The notes beneath the pieces are model-generated. The model saw only the letters and a program-made list of their open reading frames with translations, did not search any database and was not told the origin of the DNA. A stretch of DNA of 64,000 nt from Eubacteriales bacterium (GTDB lineage: Bacteria > Bacillota > Clostridia > Oscillospirales > CAG-272). The stretch lies in assembly GCA_045650025.1 (NCBI GenBank), contig JAZRQR010000157.1:12682-76681 (forward strand), given 5' to 3'. Within the stretch, counting starts at the first letter, position 1, and each line of letters starts with the position of its first letter. Of this stretch, positions 34,064 to 43,132 are shown piece after piece. A program made the translations under genes and the position numbers.

Positions 34064-35563
34064 TTACTGAGCGTTCTTACACTCGGTAACTGCCTTTGCA
34101 AACGCCTCGTCCAGCATAGCGTCTACATCGGTTGCGGGAGTGGTGAAGCAGTACTGCATCAGCTCGCCAACCTTGTCACGTGCAACGGAAGAGCCGTTGA
34201 ATGCGGGAGATACGAAGTAAGCGTTGGACATATCTCTACCAACCTTAACAGCCAGAGCCTGGATGTTGTCGCCGCCGTCTGCATTGTCAAGGAAGTTCTT
34301 GTATGCGGGGATCTGGTCAACGCTCTTGATAACGGGCATGTAACCGGAGATCATGGAGAATGCTGCCTGGAACTCGGGGTTGGTGGTCAGGAACTCAACG
34401 AACAGCCAGGAAGCGATGACTTCCTGCTTGTTGTCGGACTCAAAGATGCACAGAGAGGGACCCTGGGAGATAGCCTTGGGGTTCTCTGCATTGACCTGAG
34501 GAATGGGAGCGATGCCTACCTCAAACGCATAACCGGTATCGGTAGCCTCGGGACGCTGGTGGATGGAACCACCGGTGGAACCGATGGACATATAGCTGTT
34601 CTTATCGGTCAGCTCGGTGAACAAGCCCGAGGTGTAACCGCCGTACAGCTCCTGGGTGGTCAGGTAGCCCTTCTCGTACCAGCCTCTGAACATCTTAACG
34701 AATACCTTGTTCTGGGGATGGTCGAACTGGTAGTTGTTACCTCTCTCAGTGGAGGTGTAGGGAGAGCCGTACTGCTCGGTCATGGTGATGAACCAGTTAG
34801 CCTCGGAGTCGTAACCAAGGGGAATGCAATCGGGATCGATCTCAAGGATCTTCTGGCAAAGAGCCTCCATTTCCTTCCAGGTGGTAGGAACCTGCAGGTT
34901 GTGCTGCTCGAAGAAGGTCTTGTTGTAGTACAGAACCTCTGTGGACTTGGACATAGGCAGGGTGTACATGGTGCCTGCGTTGTCAAATACTGCACCCTCT
35001 GCGTAGAAGCCGGGGATGAAGTCAGCGATCTGCTCTGCGGTCAGACCCAGAACAGTGGTGTTGCCCTTTGCATCGGTGATCTCGATGGTGCTGTTGATGA
35101 AGCTGTTGAGCGGTACTACTGCCTTTGCTACGTTGTACAGAGCAACGTGGTCGGGATAGCAGTATGCGATGTTAGGCTGGTTGCCTGCGGTCAGCTCGGT
35201 CTTGATCTGGTCGCGAACCTCGTCGTAACCGCCAACCTGTGCATGCTCTACGTGGATGTTGGGGTACATTTCGTTGAACTTTGCAATGTACTGATCCAAA
35301 ATGCCCTGGTAGGTTGCATTCATGGTGTGGGAGAAGGTGATGGTAACTTCGCTGCCGTCGTATGCAATAACGTCATACTCCAGGGGCTTTGCCTGGGTGT
35401 TGCCGTTATCTGCGGAGCCGCTTTCGCCTTCAGGCTGAGTCTCAGCCGCTTCGGTGTCAGTGGGACGCTCGGTAGTGGACTCGTGACGGTTGTCGCAGCT
35501 TACAAGTGCGAACATGCCAAGACACAGAGTCAACATCAGAGCAAACGCAAGAATTCTTTTCAT
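34064..35563 (-). CDS. ABC transporter substrate-binding lipoprotein (family-1/CUT1-type, 499 aa)
   Basis: Track ORF with a lipobox (LCLGMFALVSCDN). Its size and alpha/beta pattern are typical of extracellular solute-binding protein family 1. Confidence 0.8.
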   Translation of the reverse strand: MKRILAFALMLTLCLGMFALVSCDNRHESTTERPTDTEAAETQPEGESGSADNGNTQAKPLEYDVIAYDGSEVTITFSHTMNATYQGILDQYIAKFNEMYPNIHVEHAQVGGYDEVRDQIKTELTAGNQPNIAYCYPDHVALYNVAKAVVPLNSFINSTIEITDAKGNTTVLGLTAEQIADFIPGFYAEGAVFDNAGTMYTLPMSKSTEVLYYNKTFFEQHNLQVPTTWKEMEALCQKILEIDPDCIPLGYDSEANWFITMTEQYGSPYTSTERGNNYQFDHPQNKVFVKMFRGWYEKGYLTTQELYGGYTSGLFTELTDKNSYMSIGSTGGSIHQRPEATDTGYAFEVGIAPIPQVNAENPKAISQGPSLCIFESDNKQEVIASWLFVEFLTTNPEFQAAFSMISGYMPVIKSVDQIPAYKNFLDNADGGDNIQALAVKVGRDMSNAYFVSPAFNGSSVARDKVGELMQYCFTTPATDVDAMLDEAFAKAVTECKNAQ

Positions 35564-35634
35564 GGTTTGTTTCCTTTCGTTATTTGTGTTATTTTTATTT
35601 TATTTATAGACTTTACTGGTCAATAAATCGGTCA

Positions 35635-36543
35635 TTAACCCTTGATGCCGCTCTTGGATACGCCCTTCATAATATACTTACGGAGGAAGATAAATACCAA
35701 GAACAGAGGGATCGAAACAACGGTAACCGCAGCCATCTGCACGGGGATATCCGCCTCACCCGAGCCTGCATCCGTAAACGCGGAGCGCAAGCCGTTGGTG
35801 ATCAGCCAGAAATCTCTGTGTGCAACCAGTCTGGGCCAGACGTAGGAGTTCCAAGCACCCATCATTTTCAGAATGGTGATGGAGATCAGCGTAGGCAGGG
35901 ACAGCGGGATCATCACCTTGCACAGGTACTTGAAATCGCTGGTACCGTCTACCTTAGCTGCCAGGTAAAGCTCATTGGGGATCTGCATGAAGTTCTGTCT
36001 GAGCAGGTAGATATAGAAGATACTGACCAAGAACGGAACGATCAGTACCGAATAACCTGCCAGCCAGTGATCGTTGTTTACCCAGTCAAATTTGTCAACC
36101 GTGATATAGTTGGTAATGGTAAACAGCTCACCGGGGATCATCATGGTGCCAAGCAGCGCAGCAAACAGCGCGTTCTTGCCCTTGAACTCCAGACGTGCAA
36201 ACGCAAATGCCGTGATAATGGTGATCACCAGCGACAAAAGCGTGGACACAACACCGACGATTACGGTGTTCTTGAACAGCTTGAGCAGCTCTGCCTTGGT
36301 AAATGCCTGCAGATAGTTGCTCCAGATGATCTGCTTGGGGAACAGCGTGGGCACGGAGAGCTTGTACTCTGCCAGCGACTTGAGCGAGGAAATGATCATC
36401 CAGTAGAACGGGAAGATTACGATGATCGCCATGATCACCAAAAACAGATACAGGAAAAACTGCGAGATGATCTTAACGACCTTTTGTCTGCCAGTTACCT
36501 TTTGGAGGTCCTTTTCGGACAATACCTTGAATTGATTTGCCAT
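35635..36543 (-). CDS. ABC transporter permease (MalG/CUT1-type)
   Basis: Track ORF of 302 aa with six TM segments and an EAA-like loop (LYLAAKVDGTSDFKYLCKVMIPLSLP). Confidence 0.88.
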   Translation of the reverse strand: MANQFKVLSEKDLQKVTGRQKVVKIISQFFLYLFLVIMAIIVIFPFYWMIISSLKSLAEYKLSVPTLFPKQIIWSNYLQAFTKAELLKLFKNTVIVGVVSTLLSLVITIITAFAFARLEFKGKNALFAALLGTMMIPGELFTITNYITVDKFDWVNNDHWLAGYSVLIVPFLVSIFYIYLLRQNFMQIPNELYLAAKVDGTSDFKYLCKVMIPLSLPTLISITILKMMGAWNSYVWPRLVAHRDFWLITNGLRSAFTDAGSGEADIPVQMAAVTVVSIPLFLVFIFLRKYIMKGVSKSGIKG

Positions 36544-36559
36544 GATAGTACCTCCTTAC

Positions 36560-37639
36560 TTAATAATGTGTCTTCTTCTTGCTGACCGCGAGGTTAACAA
36601 GCGTTACAGCAAAGATGAGCAGGAACAGCAAGAGCGCGGCTGCGGAAGCAATACCCTCTGCGTTACCCAGGTTGTCGTAAATATAACCAACCATGGTCTG
36701 CAATCTGGGCGTACCAACCGATGCTCCGGGAGGCTGCATGCCTTCGCCGAAGATACCGACGATGCTGGTGTACTCCTTAAATCCGCCGATAAATCCGGTA
36801 ATGACCACGTATGCGATCATGGGAGAGAGCAGCGGAACGGTAATACGGGTAAATACTCTCCACTTGGGAGTCGAGTCAACCTTAGCAGCATCGTAATACT
36901 GCTTGTTGACGCTCTGCAAGCCGCCCAGCAGGATCAGGATCTTGAAAGGCAGTGCGTTCCATACGATATAAACGATCATGACAGCCATGTTCGCCCAGTA
37001 GGTCGAGCCCTGGTTGATCCAGTTGATGGGGTCCATACCGAACCAGCCGATTACGGTATTGATGATACCGACCGAGGTGCTGGCGGCGATATCGGTGGTG
37101 TTGACACCAACGATATTAAACATTGCTGCAAATACCATACCGATTGCGATCGAGTTGGTCACGTACGGCAAGAAGAAGATAGTCTGCAGCAGTCTGCGCA
37201 GGGGCTTGATCGCATTCAGACATACCGCGATCAGCAGCGCAAGGAAGGTTGAGAGCGGTACGGTCAGCACGCAAAGCAGCACCGTGTTTTGCATGATCAA
37301 CCAGAAACCGTCGTAATTGATAACCGCCTTGAAGTTTGCCAGACCGAATTCATAATCGATCTCACCCGTCAGGCTTTCCGAAATCTTGTAGGTCGAATAA
37401 CCGCCCCACTTGACAGGCACTTCTTTTTTGTGAACGACGTCTACCTTGTCCCCATTTTCATCGATAATGGTAACGATCTCTTCCTGAATTTCAAATTCCA
37501 CCGGCAGATCCGGATCCCAATACACTGTAAACGCCATGCGCAAGGTATTGACGATCGGCCATGCAGTGAAGATCAGCAACAGAATGATCGCGGGAAGCAG
37601 ATAGAGCCACGCTTTCCATTGTTGTTTACTGTCAACCAT
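36560..37639 (-). CDS. ABC transporter permease (MalF/CUT1-type) with an enlarged first extracytoplasmic loop
   Basis: Track ORF 36560..37720. The start is moved to the ATG at 37639 (MVDSKQQWKAWLYLLPAIILLL), 6 nt after GAGGAGGG. The EAA-like loop is YYDAAKVDSTPKWRVFTRITVPLLSP. Confidence 0.85.
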   Translation of the reverse strand: MVDSKQQWKAWLYLLPAIILLLIFTAWPIVNTLRMAFTVYWDPDLPVEFEIQEEIVTIIDENGDKVDVVHKKEVPVKWGGYSTYKISESLTGEIDYEFGLANFKAVINYDGFWLIMQNTVLLCVLTVPLSTFLALLIAVCLNAIKPLRRLLQTIFFLPYVTNSIAIGMVFAAMFNIVGVNTTDIAASTSVGIINTVIGWFGMDPINWINQGSTYWANMAVMIVYIVWNALPFKILILLGGLQSVNKQYYDAAKVDSTPKWRVFTRITVPLLSPMIAYVVITGFIGGFKEYTSIVGIFGEGMQPPGASVGTPRLQTMVGYIYDNLGNAEGIASAAALLLFLLIFAVTLVNLAVSKKKTHY

Positions 37640-37649
37640 GATGCCCTCC

Positions 37650-38744
37650 TCAGAAATAAATTCTGTTCTCGGTCTCGGCGTCGAAAATAAACACCTTATG
37701 AGGCTTGAGCGAGTAGGCAACGGATGCCTTGGAAAGGTCTACCTTATAGTCAGAGTTAATGATGGCACGAACCAGAGGATTTACAGAGGAGGAATGCTCA
37801 CAAACCACGCTCATGTCTCTGCCCATGACCTCAACGTTCTTGAGATCACATACCATAGGACCGTTCTCCTCGGGGATAAAGCCCTCGGGACGAATGCCCA
37901 CGATGACCTCACGGTTATCTACGCCGGGCACATCCAGCACAGCGTTCTCACCCATGAACAGCTTGCCGTTCTCTACTCTGCCCTTGAATACGTTGATGGG
38001 AGGAGTACCCAAAAACTTTGCAACGAACAGGTTAGCGGGGTTATCGTACACCTCCTGAGGTGCACCGATCTGCTGTACCACACCAAGCTTCATAACAACG
38101 ATCATATCGGAAATGGACATTGCCTCTTCCTGGTCGTGCGTTACGAATACGGTGGTAATGCCGGTCTCCTTCTGGATGCGGCGGATCTCTTCTCTGGTCT
38201 GCAGACGCAGTCTTGCATCCAGGTTGGAAAGCGGCTCGTCCAAAAGCAGTACGCGAGGCATCTTGACCAGTGCTCTTGCAATGGCAACTCTCTGCTGCTG
38301 ACCGCCCGACATTTCGCTGGGCTTACGATCCATCAGATCCTCGATCTGCACCAGCTTAGCTGCCTGGTATGCACGCTCCAGCATGGCTTCCTTGGTCATC
38401 TTGTCCTTGCCCTTGAGGTTCTGCAGGGGGAACATAATGTTCTGCTTCACCGTCATGTGGGGGTATAGTGCGTAGTTCTGGAACACCAGACCAACGCCGC
38501 GGTTTTCGGGAGAAAGCTTAGTCACATCCTCGTCTCCAAAGAAAATCTGACCGCCGGAGGGCTTTTGCAGACCACTGATCATGTACAGCGTGGTACTCTT
38601 ACCGCAACCGGAAGGACCAAGCAAACCAACCAGCTTACCGTCCGGGATGGTAAAGGTAAAATCGTTGACCGCGATGACCTCACCGCCCGCCTTTTTATTG
38701 CGGCTGGGGAAGATTTTCGTTAGATTTCGTAATTCGACTTTCAT
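37650..38744 (-). CDS. ABC transporter ATP-binding protein (MalK/MsmX/UgpC-type)
   Basis: Track ORF of 364 aa. Walker A is GPSGCGKST, the signature is LSGGQQQRVAIARAL, and Walker B is LLLDEPLSNLD. A C-terminal MalK-like regulatory domain follows. Confidence 0.92.
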   Translation of the reverse strand: MKVELRNLTKIFPSRNKKAGGEVIAVNDFTFTIPDGKLVGLLGPSGCGKSTTLYMISGLQKPSGGQIFFGDEDVTKLSPENRGVGLVFQNYALYPHMTVKQNIMFPLQNLKGKDKMTKEAMLERAYQAAKLVQIEDLMDRKPSEMSGGQQQRVAIARALVKMPRVLLLDEPLSNLDARLRLQTREEIRRIQKETGITTVFVTHDQEEAMSISDMIVVMKLGVVQQIGAPQEVYDNPANLFVAKFLGTPPINVFKGRVENGKLFMGENAVLDVPGVDNREVIVGIRPEGFIPEENGPMVCDLKNVEVMGRDMSVVCEHSSSVNPLVRAIINSDYKVDLSKASVAYSLKPHKVFIFDAETENRIYF

Positions 38745-38788
38745 GTCATCTAACCTCCATGTTTTTATATACTTTTTTTAGTATCAAC

Positions 38789-39580
38789 TTAATAAGGGGA
38801 ATTTGCTACGTTTTCCTCGTGCAGCTTCTTTTTATAATCCAGCAGTGCCTGCTCGCTCTCAAAGACCATCTGCGTGGACAGATCCACCACCACGGTATCC
38901 GAGATCAGATCGTGCACGGCAGAGTTGGTGCGCGTTGCGCATACCGCCACGACCTCCAGCACGACAAGACCGAGGATCACAACAGGCCCCACAATGCCAA
39001 CCAGCCCAAAGAACATCATAATCAGCACAAACAAGGGCAACACGGTCTCAATGGTATATTTGCCGAACAGCATACGCACAAACAGGACAAAGGGCGAAGC
39101 CTTGACCGCATTGGTGCGGATGACGCCCAGTCCAAACAGCTTTTTGCCAAGCGTCTGTCCGTTTTTGAACAGCAGCATGGGCACAGCAAACTCCAACAGT
39201 GCGTACGCCACAAAGGTGCTGACAAGGCAGATCACCAGCGAATAATTCAACAAAAGGAACAATGCCGTCTGGGCATACTGATCCTCGCTGAGCAGCTCGT
39301 CCATTCGGTGATAAATCTCCTTTTGCCCTTCGGACATATCGTCATAGGCAAGCGTCAGATCCAGCTTGCAGCTCTCACCGTGCTTTTGCTCGTATTCCGA
39401 TTCCGCCTGCGCAATGAGTGCGGCTTGCCGCGCTTCAATCACGCCAATGTGCGTATCGTAATGCAGAACCGTTGAGAGCAGCGCGGCGATTCCCACCACG
39501 ACGACCATCATGATCACAACGTCGAAAAGAAACGCAGATGCCCTTTTCCAAAGGCTTGCCTTTTGCAGATCGTATATCAT
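38789..39580 (-). CDS. RDD-family membrane protein
   Basis: Track ORF 38789..39634. The start is moved to MIYDLQKASLWKRASAFLFDVVIMMVVV (39580), preceded by AAAGGAG. It ends only 44 nt upstream of the ABC ATPase gene. Confidence 0.65.
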   Translation of the reverse strand: MIYDLQKASLWKRASAFLFDVVIMMVVVVGIAALLSTVLHYDTHIGVIEARQAALIAQAESEYEQKHGESCKLDLTLAYDDMSEGQKEIYHRMDELLSEDQYAQTALFLLLNYSLVICLVSTFVAYALLEFAVPMLLFKNGQTLGKKLFGLGVIRTNAVKASPFVLFVRMLFGKYTIETVLPLFVLIMMFFGLVGIVGPVVILGLVVLEVVAVCATRTNSAVHDLISDTVVVDLSTQMVFESEQALLDYKKKLHEENVANSPY

Positions 39581-39799
39581 ACTCGCGCTCCTTTTTTTCA
39601 GATTCCGGTATGTAAAAACGGTAGAAGGCCACACATACCCATACTACAATATCATACCACATTCCTTGACAAAAGTCTACACTTTATTTTAATATTATCT
39701 GCCTTTTTTTCACTTTTGGTGAAATCGACAAATTTTTTTCATCGGTTTCCGTAAATTATTTTAACATACATCACTATTATATATACAAACACCGTAAAA

Positions 39800-39836
39800 C
39801 ACGCCGACAGCCCCAAAAAACAGGACTGTCGGCGTG
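39800..39836 (-). terminator. Terminator of the dus-GH-like-HAD unit
   Basis: CACGCCGACAG-15 nt-CTGTCGGCGTG (39800-39836). On the minus strand it is followed by TTTTACGGTGTTTG. Confidence 0.7.
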
Positions 39837-39847
39837 CGGAAATTTTC

Positions 39848-40513
39848 TTATTCTTGTGCAAAATTTTCTATGATCTCCAAAAGCTGCGCGGGCGAGGATG
39901 CCACCACCTCGGCGCCGCGTGCGTACAGCACCTCGGCAGGGCGGTAACCCCAGCATACGTCAATGGCGTGCATGCCTGCATTGAGTGCGGTTTTCACGTC
40001 TACGTCGCTGTCTCCGATGTACGCGCATTCGTGCGGCTGCGCCCCCATTTTGGCTGCCAGCATCAACGGCACGGCAGGGTCGGGCTTGGGTGCGCGATCG
40101 GTACGAAATCCCTCGGCGGCAAGAAACGTTCCTTCCGAGAACAGCTGCGCCACCAGCGCCTTGACAAATTCATCCTGCTTGTTGGAGTTGACCGCTATGG
40201 GGTACTTCCCTTTCAGGTAATCGATCAGCTCGGAGATGCCGTCGTAGGTGGTATCGGTATGCATATAAACCTGTGCGTAATGACGGTTGTACGCAGCGTA
40301 CAGCGCGTCAACGCGCGCATCGTCCTCGCGGTACTCCGGGGGCAACGCATATTTTGCGTAATCGCGCGCGCCCATGTTGATAAACTCATATACCTGCGCC
40401 TCGCCGATCGCGGGATAGCCCAGCTCCGCAAGCGCCAGATTCATACCCTCGGCAATGGCGGGCAGCGTGTGCGCCAGCGTGCCATCCAAATCAAAAATCA
40501 ATGCTTTTAACAT
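39848..40513 (-). CDS. HAD-superfamily hydrolase (phosphoglycolate-phosphatase-like)
   Basis: Track ORF of 221 aa. Motif I is IFDLDGTLAHT. Later motifs are VNSNK and YIGDSDVD. Confidence 0.85.
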   Translation of the reverse strand: MLKALIFDLDGTLAHTLPAIAEGMNLALAELGYPAIGEAQVYEFINMGARDYAKYALPPEYREDDARVDALYAAYNRHYAQVYMHTDTTYDGISELIDYLKGKYPIAVNSNKQDEFVKALVAQLFSEGTFLAAEGFRTDRAPKPDPAVPLMLAAKMGAQPHECAYIGDSDVDVKTALNAGMHAIDVCWGYRPAEVLYARGAEVVASSPAQLLEIIENFAQE

Positions 40514-40516
40514 GCG

Positions 40517-43111
40517 TCAGTCTCTCTTTCTCTTCACGCAAATCATGCAAAGTGCGACTGCGGACAGCAATGCCGGCACGGTTGCATATACAGTAGCCTT
40601 GCATCCCGTTTTGACAGCGGGCTCGGTTTCCTGCTCAGACTCAGCTTCAGGAGCGGTCGTCGTGTCCGCGCTCTCGGTATCGGGTTCGAGCGTCTCAGTC
40701 TCTACCGTCACGCCTGCATTTTCCTCGGTGCTGACATAGCTGTACTTAAAGCGCATACCGGGAGCGACGTCACCCGAGGTATAGAAGTCCAGAATATCCC
40801 CCGAGAAGGTGGAATATACCCATGCACCGTCCGCGGTCTGCGTACCGGTATCGGCAGCGTCGTGCACGTTATCGGTCCATGCAAAATTGATGGTGAAATC
40901 GTATCCGGTCAGTGCCAGCAACGACTTGGAGACCTTCACCTGCATGCACTTGCCGTCCACGGTGTACTCGACCTGACCGACTACCTCGGTCTCATAGCCG
41001 TTACCCGTAAATTTCTCCAGAGTTGCCGTCGTCGCGGTGGGAGCGGTCTTGCCCAGCACGTACTCAAAGGTCTCCCAGCCCTGATTTTGCTGATCGGTAT
41101 CCAGGTACAGCACCATCCAGAGCGGATCTGTATAGGGCGTGATATTCTCTGCGCACTCTACGTAGAAGTATACGTACGTGTCGTCTCTTGCCACGCGCGC
41201 GCCAATGATATCGTTTCTGCCCGAAAATTCGGTATAGTAAGTAGAGCCGTAGCCCTTGGAATCGCGGTCGCCCGTGTTGCCGATATACGCGGCATAGTAG
41301 GGCTCCACGCCTGCCCACTGCTCTGCCCCTGCGGCAAGATCAATGCTCTGCGCAACGCCGGGCGTCGGAATGGGTCTTGCGCCCTGGAAGCGTCGGGATT
41401 CGTTGACCAGCTGGTAATAGTAGTGGTCCTTGAGGTCACCCTTGCTGGGCTCGATATCGCGGCTGTGCTCATCATCAAACTGATCGGGGAATCCGTTAGG
41501 CGTGTTGGACCAGTTTTCGTTTCTGCCCGCCGTCCATTCGTTCCAGCCGGTCACGAAAATAACCTTGGGATCCTGCTCGATGGCATACGCAAACTGCTCT
41601 GCAAGCTGATAGCCCCACAGCTTGGCATCCTCCTCGGTGCGGTACCCCGCAGAGGTGTACGAGCGTCCCATCGCGTCGGGATGGTTCATTGCCACCATAG
41701 AATCGGTAACGTAGGAGTGATTGATGGCAACGCCCACCGTCATCTGCTCCCAAACACCTTGCTTTTTATCCTTGGTGGTGGCAAAATACGTTGCCTGCGG
41801 ATAGGTGGAAAGCCAGCCCCATTGCAGCTTATCCGGATTCTTGACCACGTAGCTGGGTTGTCCTGCACGGAAAGTGAAAAATCCCCTGATCTCCTTGTGC
41901 AGACCCAAGTTGGTCTTGAGATTGGAGGTGTGCGCCATGAGCATGGGCTTGCCGTCCAGATAGTACCAAAGGCTTTGGTATTTGTCCGAACGATAGATGT
42001 CCAGATACAGCGATTCCAGCTGCTCCAGCGAGCCCTGCGTTGCGCCAAACGGCAGCATGAAGGACACCTTAGGCGTGTTCATTCCGTTTTGCTGCAGCTG
42101 CGCCCAAGTGTTATACAGCGGCACGTAGCTGGATTTCCAGGTAAAATTGCCGTTGGTATTGTCGGTAAAGATGACGTCAATGCCTGCGTTGGTCAGCATT
42201 TCGGCATGCTTGCGCAGTACCCATTCGTCATCGGTACGGTAGTAACCAAACAGCGGCTCGTTCCAGAAAAACGCCGTGCCCGAGGTCGGCCAGCCTTTAT
42301 GGTAATAATCGTTGATGGCTTCGGGATGCTCGGTGGTAAAGGCGGTATTATTAAAGGGCTCATTGTAAGAAAGATCCACGTGCCAAGTCCAGTAAAAGAT
42401 CGCCAACGTCTTGTCGGTCTTAAGATCCCCTACCTCGGCATTGGTCAGCGAGGTGCGACCCAGCCCATCGGTAAACACCCAAGTATCGGGCATGACCTCA
42501 TGGGTATAAATCAGGCTATCCTCGGGAAATACGTACTCATCGGGCGTGTCGTGTCCGGTAAATGACTCCTCCATAGAGGTCGCCTTCAAAAACGGCGTAT
42601 CGGTCGCAACGGTGAAGGTGACCGTGATCTCCAAGTCTCCCGTCCTCTCAATGCCGTCCTGCATGACGTAGCCGTTCGAGACGGTTGCGGGGTATACCCA
42701 TGTGCCGACCTGTCCCTCTACGTCCTTGATGCAAAACAAATACTCCCCTGCGGGCTGCTCGGCAAAGCCCAGCGTATAGGTCTGGCAATCGCGCACGTTT
42801 TCAAAGCGCTGCTCGGCAATCGGCGCAGCTTCTACGGTTTTGGAAAAGGTCTCGTTCCAAGCATACAGCGCAAGCGTTGCATCCGAATCGCTCGTGCTCC
42901 AAGTAGGCAAGCAGAATGCCAGCGCCTCAAAGGACGCGCCCAGATGCAAGTGCGCACCGTACACCTCGCCGGGCTGCACCTGATGCGCCGACTTTTGCCC
43001 GTCCTTGGAAGGATCATAGGCTTTGACCTTGGTGCCGCCTGCTGCCAGCGCGGTCAACGTAAGGCTTACAAGGATCAGAACGGTTAATACAAGGATCGTA
43101 ATCTTTTTCAT
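40517..43111 (-). CDS. Secreted, C-terminally membrane-anchored putative glycoside-hydrolase-like protein (family not assignable by eye)
   Basis: Track ORF of 864 aa with a signal peptide (MKKITILVLTVLILVSLTLTALAA). The core is FYWTWHVDL...FGYYRTDDEWVLRKHAEMLTNAGIDVIFTDNTN, a pattern shared by TIM-barrel GH99/GH71-like proteins. The C-terminus has an acidic linker plus a TM anchor (TVPALLSAVALCMICVKRKRD). Confidence 0.6.
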   Translation of the reverse strand: MKKITILVLTVLILVSLTLTALAAGGTKVKAYDPSKDGQKSAHQVQPGEVYGAHLHLGASFEALAFCLPTWSTSDSDATLALYAWNETFSKTVEAAPIAEQRFENVRDCQTYTLGFAEQPAGEYLFCIKDVEGQVGTWVYPATVSNGYVMQDGIERTGDLEITVTFTVATDTPFLKATSMEESFTGHDTPDEYVFPEDSLIYTHEVMPDTWVFTDGLGRTSLTNAEVGDLKTDKTLAIFYWTWHVDLSYNEPFNNTAFTTEHPEAINDYYHKGWPTSGTAFFWNEPLFGYYRTDDEWVLRKHAEMLTNAGIDVIFTDNTNGNFTWKSSYVPLYNTWAQLQQNGMNTPKVSFMLPFGATQGSLEQLESLYLDIYRSDKYQSLWYYLDGKPMLMAHTSNLKTNLGLHKEIRGFFTFRAGQPSYVVKNPDKLQWGWLSTYPQATYFATTKDKKQGVWEQMTVGVAINHSYVTDSMVAMNHPDAMGRSYTSAGYRTEEDAKLWGYQLAEQFAYAIEQDPKVIFVTGWNEWTAGRNENWSNTPNGFPDQFDDEHSRDIEPSKGDLKDHYYYQLVNESRRFQGARPIPTPGVAQSIDLAAGAEQWAGVEPYYAAYIGNTGDRDSKGYGSTYYTEFSGRNDIIGARVARDDTYVYFYVECAENITPYTDPLWMVLYLDTDQQNQGWETFEYVLGKTAPTATTATLEKFTGNGYETEVVGQVEYTVDGKCMQVKVSKSLLALTGYDFTINFAWTDNVHDAADTGTQTADGAWVYSTFSGDILDFYTSGDVAPGMRFKYSYVSTEENAGVTVETETLEPDTESADTTTAPEAESEQETEPAVKTGCKATVYATVPALLSAVALCMICVKRKRD

Positions 43112-43132
43112 GCGTACCTCCTTAATAATGGC

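Noticed and set aside
30066-35626. Plus-strand ORFs 30066..32513 (815 aa) and 33896..35626 (576 aa), plus similar long antisense ORFs at 45817..47892, 48293..49876, 52095..53921, 40862..42565, 25123..26583 and 61321..63618
   Set aside because: Each lies opposite a minus-strand gene with clear family motifs. The translations are Gly/Val/Leu/Cys-rich and lack any recognisable domain or translation signals.
39666-39836. Candidate small RNA: + strand TTGACA-N18-TAATAT promoter followed ~110 nt later by a strong hairpin
   Set aside because: The hairpin's T-run is on the minus strand, where it serves as terminator of the HAD gene. On the plus strand it is followed by CGGAAATTTTC only. The region is AT-rich, so promoter-like hexamers are expected by chance. 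It is not excluded, but it is unsupported.
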